A stretch of 32,000 nucleotides of DNA. Origin: Deinococcus radiodurans R1 = ATCC 13939 = DSM 20539 (lineage in GTDB: Bacteria; Deinococcota; Deinococci; Deinococcales; Deinococcaceae). The notes beneath the pieces were generated by a model, which made no database searches, was not told where the DNA came from, and saw only the letters and a list, made by a program, of their open reading frames with translations. A program made the position numbers and the translations under genes. The stretch's first letter is position 1. Each line of letters opens with the position of its first letter. Shown here piece by piece: positions 19,413-27,102 of this stretch. The DNA lies in the NCBI RefSeq assembly GCF_000008565.1, contig NC_001264.1, positions 373,338 to 405,337 of the forward strand, given 5' to 3'.

Positions 19413-21689
19413 ATGACCTACGCTCCCGATCCCGCTGCCGCGCATCCGGCGGCCCCCGCACGGCGCGATCAGCCGTCTCCCTCCTCACGTTCCCCGCGCG
19501 CCGGTTTTCTCAGCCGCCTCAGCGTGGGCCAGAAGCTGCTGCTCAGCAGCCTGACCCTGGGCCTGCCGCTGCTCGGCACCGGCCTGGCGCTCGCCAACGG
19601 CGCCCGGCAACAACAGCAACTCGCCGTGCGGGCCGCCGAAACGACCCAGTACTACGACCAGTTGCTGAAAGTGCAGCGCGACCTGACCGCCCTGCGCGCA
19701 GCGAGCAATGTCCGGCCCAGCCCCGCCGTCTTGAATGAACTCGAACAGGCCGCGAACGGGCTGGCTGCGGCCCCCACCCTGACCCCGGAAAGCCGGACGG
19801 TCGCCACCGCCGTCGGTCAGCAGGTCATGTCGGTGGCCGAGCAGCTGCGCGAGCACAGGCTCAACCCGGCCCAGCTCGACCACCTGACGACCAACATTCT
19901 GTCCGGTGACCTGCGCGACCTGTTTCGTCGGCCCGCCCGCGACGGGGGGCTGCTGACCGGCGGGTCCTTCGAGTCGCAGGCGCTCGCCACCATGATTTCC
20001 GTACGCTTGCCCAGCGACTTTTTGAACCTCAACACGACGACGGGCGACCTGTCGCGCTTGCTGACCCAGGAGCGCGCCGCCCAGGGCAAAACCCTCAGCG
20101 CGGAGCAGCGACTTCAGGCCCAGCGGCTGCTGCTGCAAGGACAAAGCGAAAGCGGGGTGCTGGAGCGCGATATCGAGGAACTGTTCAGCAACGTGCCCCA
20201 GGCCGGCGTTGACCTGAGTCCGGCCCTGACTGCGGCCCTCAACACTTCCCGGCAGATGCTCGCCGCCGCCGAAGCGCAGCTGGGCCAGCCCCTTACCCCC
20301 CAGACGGTCAACACGCTGCGCCGCGCCGACGAAGCCCAGGTGGAGGCCCAGTACGCCGCGCTCCGGGCCATCAACGACAGCATGAGCCAGAGCTTCGGGC
20401 AGCTGCAACAGCAGGCCACCCGGCGCCTCGCCCTGCTGCTCGGCGGCCTGGCGCTGCTGCTCGCGCTGGTGCTGCTCGTCAACCGCGCCCTGCTGCGCTC
20501 GATTCTGCGCCCGCTGGAACAGCTTACCTCGGCGTCCAAGCAGCTCGCCAGCGGCAACCTCGCCGTCAAGCTGCCGGTGACCTCCAACGACGAGTTCGGC
20601 ACCCTGGCGACGAGCTTCAACGAAGCCGCCACCCAGCTGCGCGCCAGCGCCGAGCGCACTGAGCAGGAGCGCGTGGAAGCCCAGCGGCTCCAGAACAACA
20701 TCGGTCAGTTCCTCGACGTCACCATGGACATCGCTGAAGGCGACCTCACCAAGCGCGGCGTCGTCACCGAGGACATCCTCGGCAACGTCGTCGACTCCAT
20801 CAACCTCATGACCGACGAACTCGCCGCCACCTTGCAGCAGGTTCAGGCCGCGTCCGCCTCCGTGTCCGGAGGCTCAAAGCAAATGCTCGGCACCACCGAA
20901 GCCATTCAGCAGGGCGCGCAGCTCACCGCCGCCGAGGCCCAGCGGGTGGCCGAGCAGGTCAGCCAGATCACCGCGACCATCCGTCAGATGGCGCAGAACG
21001 CCCAGACTTCTGCCCAGACGGCGCGTGAAGCGCTGCTCGCCTCGCAGCAGGGGCAAGAAGCGCTTCAGGAAACGCTGGGGGGGATGCAGAACATCCGGCG
21101 GGAAGTGCAGCAGGTGTCCAAGCGCATCAAGACATTGGGCGACCGCTCGCTCGAGATTCAGGAAATCGTCGATACCATCTCCCAGATCGCGCGGCGCACC
21201 AACCTGCTGGCGCTCAACGCCTCGGTGGAAGCGGCGGGCGCGGGCGACGCGGGCGGACGCTTCGGCGCCGTGGCCGATGAAATTCGTCAGCTCGCCACGA
21301 CCTCAGCGCAGGCGACGACGCGCATCGCGGGGCTGATCAAGAGCGTGCAGGCCGAAGTGCAGGACGTGATCGTGGAAGCCGAAGAAGGCACCCGCGAAGT
21401 GGAGCAGGGCTACCGCATCGCCGGCAGCGCCGGGCAACGCCTACAGGACATCGGTGAACTGACGGAGCGCTCGGCGCAGCTCGCTGAAAGCATCGCGGCC
21501 TCGACCCAGGAGCAGGTGCAGAGCGTGGAGCGGGTGAACGCGGCGGTGCAGCAGATCGCCGAAGTGGCGCAGCGCTCGGAAAGCGCGGTGCAGCAAGGAC
21601 GCAGCACGGCGCAGCAGCTCGAAGACCTCGCCCGTCAACTCGACACCAGCCTCGCCCGCTTCCGCCTGCCAGAGCCGGGCAGCGCGTAA
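19413..21689 (+). CDS. Methyl-accepting chemotaxis protein 3
   Basis: AGGAGG lies at 19401-19406, 6 nt before the ATG. The protein has two TM segments, a HAMP ([38 protein letters not shown]) and the tip [35 protein letters not shown]. Confidence 0.88.
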   Translation: MTYAPDPAAAHPAAPARRDQPSPSSRSPRAGFLSRLSVGQKLLLSSLTLGLPLLGTGLALANGARQQQQLAVRAAETTQYYDQLLKVQRDLTALRAASNVRPSPAVLNELEQAANGLAAAPTLTPESRTVATAVGQQVMSVAEQLREHRLNPAQLDHLTTNILSGDLRDLFRRPARDGGLLTGGSFESQALATMISVRLPSDFLNLNTTTGDLSRLLTQERAAQGKTLSAEQRLQAQRLLLQGQSESGVLERDIEELFSNVPQAGVDLSPALTAALNTSRQMLAAAEAQLGQPLTPQTVNTLRRADEAQVEAQYAALRAINDSMSQSFGQLQQQATRRLALLLGGLALLLALVLLVNRALLRSILRPLEQLTSASKQLASGNLAVKLPVTSNDEFGTLATSFNEAATQLRASAERTEQERVEAQRLQNNIGQFLDVTMDIAEGDLTKRGVVTEDILGNVVDSINLMTDELAATLQQVQAASASVSGGSKQMLGTTEAIQQGAQLTAAEAQRVAEQVSQITATIRQMAQNAQTSAQTAREALLASQQGQEALQETLGGMQNIRREVQQVSKRIKTLGDRSLEIQEIVDTISQIARRTNLLALNASVEAAGAGDAGGRFGAVADEIRQLATTSAQATTRIAGLIKSVQAEVQDVIVEAEEGTREVEQGYRIAGSAGQRLQDIGELTERSAQLAESIAASTQEQVQSVERVNAAVQQIAEVAQRSESAVQQGRSTAQQLEDLARQLDTSLARFRLPEPGSA
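20699..21670 (+). repeat. Copy B of the duplicated MCP C-terminal segment
   Basis: See copy A. By eye, identity outside a ~125-nt central patch is well above 90 percent. Confidence 0.9.
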
Positions 21690-21719
21690 GAAGCCTGCAA
21701 CGAACAGAAAGGTAGCGTG

Positions 21720-22760
21720 ATGGTTATGGCCCACAGCGAACTGCTTGAGAGCTTTAGAGAGGAGGCCGCCGAGGTCCTGAGCGGCCTGGAAGAGGGGGTC
21801 ACCGGCCTGCGGACGCTGAGCGGGGCCGCCGGACACGCCCACGACACGCCGGAACTCGCCGCCCACCTGGGCGACCTGAGTGTGCTCGCCCACCGCCTGC
21901 GCGGGAGCGCCGCCCTGTACGGCTACGCGCAGCTCTCCACCCTGGCCTCGCTGCAAGAGCGGCTGCTCGACGCCCGCCCGCAACTCGACCGCGAGCAGCA
22001 CCAGGAATTCCTGACCCTGCTCGAACAGGTCAACGCGGCGCTGCGCCAGGGCCTGAGCCGCTTGCAGGCCGGGGGCGACGACCACGACCTGGGGCTGCTC
22101 TTCGCCCGCTCGGGCGGGGCCACCACGTTGCAGCGTCTCCTCCAGCAGCGGCCCGACGCCTTCCAGATTCGGGCCTCGCGGCTGCACCATGCGCCGCCCA
22201 GTGATACTCCTTCCGAAACTGCTGAAGACGCCCCGGCGCCCCTCACGGTGGCCCAGGAAGTGCAGGCCTTCGTGCGCGACAACGCCGAGGTCTGGGAGTA
22301 CTTCGCGCCCGAAGTGCACGAGCACCTCGCCAGCCTGCGCGAACAGCTCGGGCGCGGCGAGGACGCCGACCTCCAGGTGATGTTCCGCGCCGCCCACACC
22401 ATCAAGGGCAGTGCGTACATGGTGGGCTTGCCGCCGCTGGGCGACTTCGCGCACGGTATGGAAGACCTGCTGGGCGCCGCCCGCGAGGGAGCGGTCAGCC
22501 TGAGCAGCGACGTGCGCGGCCTGCTCGCCGAGGCCACCGACACCATCGGCGACCTGCTGACGGTGGCCGCTGGCGCCGATGGCGCGGCGCTCCCCGCGCA
22601 ACTCACCGCCGTCACCGCGCGGTGCGCTCGGCCCACAGCGGTGAGCAGACCCCGGTGCCGCCCATGTCGGCGGCGGCTCCGGTTGTGGCTCCTGTCCCGG
22701 CCCCTGCTCCCGCCGCCGCGACCAGCATCCGTGTGCCGGCGGCGCGCCTCGAAGGGCTGA
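21720..22760 (+). CDS. cheA: CheA-like histidine kinase, N-terminal part with two Hpt domains (reading frame breaks near 22600-22660)
   Basis: The Hpt 1 signature is LSVLAHRLRGSAALYGY and the Hpt 2 signature is FRAAHTIKGSAYMVGLPPL. After ...PAQLTAVTAR the frame-0 translation turns into Arg/Cys/Pro-rich junk (CARPTAVSRPRCRPCRRRLRLW), while the +2 frame continues with a typical CheA linker. Confidence 0.7.
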   Translation: MVMAHSELLESFREEAAEVLSGLEEGVTGLRTLSGAAGHAHDTPELAAHLGDLSVLAHRLRGSAALYGYAQLSTLASLQERLLDARPQLDREQHQEFLTLLEQVNAALRQGLSRLQAGGDDHDLGLLFARSGGATTLQRLLQQRPDAFQIRASRLHHAPPSDTPSETAEDAPAPLTVAQEVQAFVRDNAEVWEYFAPEVHEHLASLREQLGRGEDADLQVMFRAAHTIKGSAYMVGLPPLGDFAHGMEDLLGAAREGAVSLSSDVRGLLAEATDTIGDLLTVAAGADGAALPAQLTAVTARCARPTAVSRPRCRPCRRRLRLWLLSRPLLPPPRPASVCRRRASKG

Positions 22761-24559
22761 TGGACCAGCTCGGCGAACTCGTGACCGCCCGCGCCCGCAT
22801 GACGCAGCTCCTGTCACGTCTCGACGAGTTGCAGGGCAGCATGACCGCCAGCCAGGAGCGGTTTCAGCGCACCGTGCGTGACTTCGAGGAGCGTTACCTC
22901 AACCCCGACATGGTGCGCGAGGAAGGCGCGGCCCCCACGACCCGCATGGGCGGCCTTGACCTTTCTCAGCAGTTCGCCGAGCTCGAATTCGACACCTACA
23001 ACGACCTGAACATCCTTTCGCGCTCGATTACCGAGCTGTCCGCCGACTTCGCCGAAGTGCGCCGGCGCCTGAGCGACACCGCGGCCGAGCTGTCCGAGGA
23101 AAACGAGCAGCTCGGCAAACTCGTGCGCCGCCTGCGCCTCGACGTGAACCAGACCAGCCGCGTGGCCTTCTCGCAAACGACCGCCCGCCTGCGGCGCTGG
23201 GCGCGCGAGCAGCAGGCCGACCTGACCCTGCAAGTCGAGGGCGAGGACGTGCTGATCGAAAGCGGCATCCTGCAACGTATCAGCGACCCGCTGCTGCACC
23301 TGCTGACCAACGCCGCGTACCACGGGCTGGCGAGCGAAAGCGCCGAAAGCCGCCGCGCCGCCGGCAAAAACCCCCAGGGCACCGTCTGGATTCGCGCCGC
23401 CGAACAGGGCAACTTTCTGGAAGTCACGGTGGCCGACGACGGGCAGGGCCTGGACTACGCCCGCATCCGCGAGCGGGCGCTGGAGCGCGGGCTGCGTTCG
23501 GCGCAGGAACTCGAACAGCTCAGCAGCGACGAACTCGGGCGCCTGATTCTTCTTCCCGGCTTTTCCACCGCCCGCGAGGTCGGCAACGTGGCCGGGCGTG
23601 GGGTGGGGCTGGACGTGGTCGCCACGGCGGTTCGTCAGCTCGGCGGCGAGCTGCTGATCAGCTCCGAGCGCGGCGTAGGCACAGCGTTTACCCTGCGTGT
23701 GCCGACCACGCAGCGCATCATGGACGTGCTGCACCTCGACCTGGGGGCTGGCCACCACGCCGCCCTGCCGGTGGGCAGCGTCCGCTCGCTGCGCGACGTG
23801 CCGCTCGGCGACCTGCGCCGCGACGACGGGCAACTGTGGCTCGACTTCGGCGGCCAGCCGGTGCCGGTGGTGGACGCCCGGCCCATCTGGGGGCACGCGC
23901 CGCAGGATACGGACACCGAAGCGCACCTCGCCGTGGTGTCGAGCATTTCCGGCCTGCTCGCCCTGCGCGTGCACGACTTCGGGGACATCGAAGAAGTCGC
24001 CGTGACCGCGCCCAGCGGCCTGCTCGCGCCGCTCGACTACCTCGCGGGGATGGCGGTGTCGGGGACCGGACAGGTGCTGGCGATTCTCGACCCGGCGGGC
24101 GTGCTGCGCCTGAGCCGCCGCCCCGCCACCTGGCTGGGTCAGGCCCAGCGGCAAGTCCAGGCGACTGGCAACCAACGTTTGCTGCTGGTGGACGACTCGC
24201 TGAGCGTGCGCCGGCTGGTGGGCCGCATGCTCGAACGCGGCGGTTATCAGGTGGTCACGGCGAGCGACGGCCAGGAAGCGCTCGACCTGCTGCAACAGGA
24301 CGCCGACTTCGGCGCGGTGGTCACCGACCTCGAAATGCCGCGCGTCAACGGCTACGAACTGCTCTCCGCCGTCCGCGCCCGCCCTGCCACCGCCGGGCTT
24401 CCCATGCTGGTCATGACCACCCGCGCCGGGGAAAAACACCAGCGGCTGGCCTTCCAGCTCGGCGCCGACGACTACTTCACCAAGCCGGTCAACGAGGCGC
24501 TGCTGCTGCGCCGCCTGGGCACCTTGCAGCAGGCGCAGCAGGCCGGGGTGAGCGCGTGA
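22622..24559 (+). CDS. cheA: CheA-like histidine kinase, C-terminal part: dimerisation, HATPase, CheW-like and C-terminal receiver domains (ChpA/PixL-like hybrid)
   Basis: After a Pro/Ala linker comes IRVPAARLEGLMDQLGELV (dimerisation). The N box is LLHLLTNAAYHG, G1 is VADDGQGLD and G2 is GRGVGLDVV. A CheW-like domain follows (MDVLHLDLGAGHHAALPVGSV). The REC domain shows RLLLVDDS, AVVTDLEMPRVNG, LVMTTRA and DYFTKP. No SD precedes either GTG 22622 or ATG 22664. Confidence 0.8.
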   Translation: MRSAHSGEQTPVPPMSAAAPVVAPVPAPAPAAATSIRVPAARLEGLMDQLGELVTARARMTQLLSRLDELQGSMTASQERFQRTVRDFEERYLNPDMVREEGAAPTTRMGGLDLSQQFAELEFDTYNDLNILSRSITELSADFAEVRRRLSDTAAELSEENEQLGKLVRRLRLDVNQTSRVAFSQTTARLRRWAREQQADLTLQVEGEDVLIESGILQRISDPLLHLLTNAAYHGLASESAESRRAAGKNPQGTVWIRAAEQGNFLEVTVADDGQGLDYARIRERALERGLRSAQELEQLSSDELGRLILLPGFSTAREVGNVAGRGVGLDVVATAVRQLGGELLISSERGVGTAFTLRVPTTQRIMDVLHLDLGAGHHAALPVGSVRSLRDVPLGDLRRDDGQLWLDFGGQPVPVVDARPIWGHAPQDTDTEAHLAVVSSISGLLALRVHDFGDIEEVAVTAPSGLLAPLDYLAGMAVSGTGQVLAILDPAGVLRLSRRPATWLGQAQRQVQATGNQRLLLVDDSLSVRRLVGRMLERGGYQVVTASDGQEALDLLQQDADFGAVVTDLEMPRVNGYELLSAVRARPATAGLPMLVMTTRAGEKHQRLAFQLGADDYFTKPVNEALLLRRLGTLQQAQQAGVSA

Positions 24560-25347
24560 CCGCCGTCCCCCGTTCTCCGGCCCGGCCCGAACTCGTGTCC
24601 GCCCTGCCGATTCTGACCATCCTCAACGACCCCGACCGGGCGGCGATGTACCGCCACCTCGCCGGGCAGGCGGGGGTGCCGACCATCGAGGCGGAGGGGG
24701 CGCTGCACGCCCTGACGCAGCTCGAGCGTATGCCGGTGGCGGCCATCATCTGCGACGCCCAGATGGAAGACATGAGCGGCGAGGACTTCCGCGAAGTGGT
24801 CACCGCCGAGGAAAGCACCCACGACGTGCCGGTGTACGTGCTGCCGCAGTTGCCGGAAGCTGGAAATGGGGACGCCGGGGCGCTGCCCACCAGCCCGCAG
24901 GTGCTCGGCGAAGTGCTGACCGAACTGGGCCTTTCACCCGCTCAGCTCCCGGTGCCGCTGCGGACAGGCGCCCCGGCGCACCTGCACGGCGACCTCTCGC
25001 AGTTCAGCCTGCCCGAATTCCTGAACTGGGTGGCCGAAATGCGCTTTTCCGGGCACTGGCTGGTCACGGTCAGCAGCCGTCAGGGCGCCGCGCAGCCGCT
25101 GGCCGGACATCTGGTGATGCGCGGGGGCGACCTCGTGTACGCCGAGTGCGGCGGGCACAGTGGCAAGGCCGCCGTCTTCACGTTGCTCCAGGCCATCGAG
25201 GAATACCGCGACGCCATCTTTCACTTCTACCTCGCCGAGGCGCCGGACGACGTGCGCTCGCCCGACCTGCACGCGGCCACGCCCCGGCTGCTGATCGAAC
25301 TGGCGGTGGACCTCGACCACCACGCCGCCGGGCACAGCCTGCACTGA
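24556..25347 (+). CDS. Degenerate receiver-like domain fused to a DUF4388 (PATAN-like) domain
   Basis: The GTG at 24556 overlaps the cheA stop (GTGA). The N-terminal half resembles REC (ILTILND, AAIICDAQMEDMSG) but lacks the usual Thr/Ser and Lys positions. The C-terminal half, LHGDLSQFSLPEFLNWVAEMRFSGHWLVTV...GHLVMRGGDLVYAECGGHSGKAAVFTLLQ, fits the DUF4388 pattern. The longer track ORF from 23836 overlaps cheA and was rejected. Confidence 0.6.
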   Translation: MTAVPRSPARPELVSALPILTILNDPDRAAMYRHLAGQAGVPTIEAEGALHALTQLERMPVAAIICDAQMEDMSGEDFREVVTAEESTHDVPVYVLPQLPEAGNGDAGALPTSPQVLGEVLTELGLSPAQLPVPLRTGAPAHLHGDLSQFSLPEFLNWVAEMRFSGHWLVTVSSRQGAAQPLAGHLVMRGGDLVYAECGGHSGKAAVFTLLQAIEEYRDAIFHFYLAEAPDDVRSPDLHAATPRLLIELAVDLDHHAAGHSLH

Positions 25348-25434
25348 TTGTGTCGCCCGTACGGCGCCTGTTTTTCCACTGAAGCTGCTTTCCCGCCTTC
25401 TTGACGTTTTCTCTTCCGACTGGAGCCCTTTTTC

Positions 25435-26196
25435 ATGCCTGACATCCTCATCGTCGACGACAGCATCAGCGTGCGTAAAGCGCTGGAAATCACCCTTCGC
25501 AACCACAACGTCTCCAGCGCCAGCGCCGTGAGCGCCGAGCAGGCCCTCGAGCGCCTCGCCGAAGACCCCGGCGCCTTCGACCTGCTGATGATCGACGTGA
25601 TCATGCCCGGCAAAAGCGGCGTGGAGCTGTGCGAGGAACTCAAGGCCGACCCGCGCTACGCCGCGCTGCCCGTCATCCTGATGAGCGGCAACGTGGACGA
25701 CGAGGTCAAGGAACAGGCGCAGCAGGTCGGCGCCGAGGGCCTGCTGAAAAAGCCTTTCCGCTCCGAGGAACTCATTCCCCTCGTTCAGAGCACCCTCGAA
25801 GACGCGCGGGAACGCCGCCAGCACGCGGCAGACGCGGTGCAGCCCCCGGCACCCGCCACCGAACAACCGGCAGCCGAGAAGATGGACGACGCGGCGCTCA
25901 CCGCGCTCTCGGACCTGCTCCAGACCTACGAGGACCACCCCCGCGTGCGCGACGTGGTGATGCTCGACCGCCAGGGCCAGCCGCTGCGTCAGACCGGCAA
26001 CGTGCTGCCCGAGAACATCCAGCTGTTCGCCCGTTTCTTCACCAACACGGCGGGTGTGCTGGGCAAGCAGATGCTCGGCGAGGACATTCAGGACGTGACC
26101 ATCCGCTACGGCGGGCACGAGATGGTGATTCACAACCTGCCCGAGCACTTCGTGGTGGTGCTGATGGGCGAGGGGCAGCCCAGCCTGCAAGCCTGA
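25435..26196 (+). CDS. Response regulator receiver fused to a C-terminal Roadblock/LC7 (MglB-like) domain
   Basis: The REC domain is canonical: ILIVDDS, LLMIDVIMPGKSG, VILMSGN and LLKKPF. After a Pro/Ala linker the segment LTALSDLLQTYEDHPRVRDVVMLDRQGQPLRQTGNVLPENIQLFARFFTNTAGVLGKQMLGEDIQDVTIRYGGHEMVIHNLPEHFVVVLMGEG has the Roadblock/LC7 pattern. The Roadblock assignment is by eye. Confidence 0.6.
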   Translation: MPDILIVDDSISVRKALEITLRNHNVSSASAVSAEQALERLAEDPGAFDLLMIDVIMPGKSGVELCEELKADPRYAALPVILMSGNVDDEVKEQAQQVGAEGLLKKPFRSEELIPLVQSTLEDARERRQHAADAVQPPAPATEQPAAEKMDDAALTALSDLLQTYEDHPRVRDVVMLDRQGQPLRQTGNVLPENIQLFARFFTNTAGVLGKQMLGEDIQDVTIRYGGHEMVIHNLPEHFVVVLMGEGQPSLQA

Positions 26197-26202
26197 ATCC
26201 CG

Positions 26203-27102
26203 TCAGGGCTGCGCTCCCGGCAGCCACTCCCACGCCACGCCGAGGCCCCCGAGCAGCCGCTCGACCTCGGCGTGGCGTTCGCCGCTCACCACGTCCCGAA
26301 TGAGAATCCGCTCGACCCGGCCCGGCCAGGCGCGGACGAACGCCGCGTAAATCTCCGGGTCGCGCTCACCGCTGTCGCCGAGCAGGGTGAAGGTGGCCCC
26401 GGTCTGCCGGGCGAGGGTATCGAGCGCCTGTCCCTTGTGCTGGGCGCCGGACACGCTGGGAAAATCGCGCAGCAGCAGCGGCCCGGCGGGAAAGCCACGC
26501 GTGCCCAGCAGCTCCTGCAATGGGGCGCCGAGTCCTTCGGGGCTGTTGCTGAGGTACACCATCGGCCCCCGCGCCGCCTCCGCTTGCAAGAGGGCCTGCA
26601 CCCCCGGAAACACCGGACGCGTCAGCGCGTTTTGCCGCAGGATGCGCGCCGCGCCGCCCTGCCGCACGCCGGTCACGATGACGGTGTCGTCAAGGTCGGT
26701 CACAGTAAGGTGAGCGGCCCTGTTCAACTGCCAGTCGGGCGCCGCCTGTGCCCCGGCGCCCGGCACCTCCACCCGCACCGCTCCGGCCCCCGGCGGCAGC
26801 GTGCAGGCGGCGTGGCCCCGATCATCGGTCTGGGTGTTCACCGTCTCTCCCCTTTCCGGCGTGCAGCGCACCGGCACCCCGGCAAGCGGGTTGGGCAGCA
26901 GTTGCGAGAGGGTCCGCAGCACATTCACCGCCGCGCTGTCTTCTGCCCGCGCCGGGCGCTGGCCCCAGGGGTCGTCCTCGGCGACGCGCACTTCCACCCG
27001 GCCCGGCTGCGGGTGGGCAAGCAGGGTGAGCTGCGCGGCGCTGGCACTGGCGGGAAGCAGGGTGAGGATGGCATAGGTCAGGGCAATGCGGCGCAGCGTC
27101 AT
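26203..27102 (-). CDS. Secreted App1-like phosphatidate phosphatase family protein (DUF2183) with N-terminal beta-sandwich
   Basis: The signal peptide is MTLRRIALTYAILTLLPASASA. The HAD-like DxDxT motif is VTDLDDTV. Also present are YLSNSPEGL, GFPAGPLLLRDF and LLGDSGERDPEIYAAFVRAWPGRVERILIRDV, which is characteristic of the App1 catalytic domain. Confidence 0.7.
   Translation of the reverse strand: MTLRRIALTYAILTLLPASASAAQLTLLAHPQPGRVEVRVAEDDPWGQRPARAEDSAAVNVLRTLSQLLPNPLAGVPVRCTPERGETVNTQTDDRGHAACTLPPGAGAVRVEVPGAGAQAAPDWQLNRAAHLTVTDLDDTVIVTGVRQGGAARILRQNALTRPVFPGVQALLQAEAARGPMVYLSNSPEGLGAPLQELLGTRGFPAGPLLLRDFPSVSGAQHKGQALDTLARQTGATFTLLGDSGERDPEIYAAFVRAWPGRVERILIRDVVSGERHAEVERLLGGLGVAWEWLPGAQP

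Noticed and set aside
23836-24555. The N-terminal 240 codons of the track ORF 23836..25347.
   Set aside because: This part overlaps the cheA kinase and receiver region in another frame and is Arg/Pro/Gly-rich junk. The credible protein begins at the GTG at 24556, which overlaps the cheA stop.
26191-26209. A small hairpin, CCTGA-atcccg-TCAGG, whose arms contain the two convergent stop codons at 26194 and 26203.
   Set aside because: The stem is only 5 bp and has no flanking T or A tracts, so it is too weak to call a terminator.
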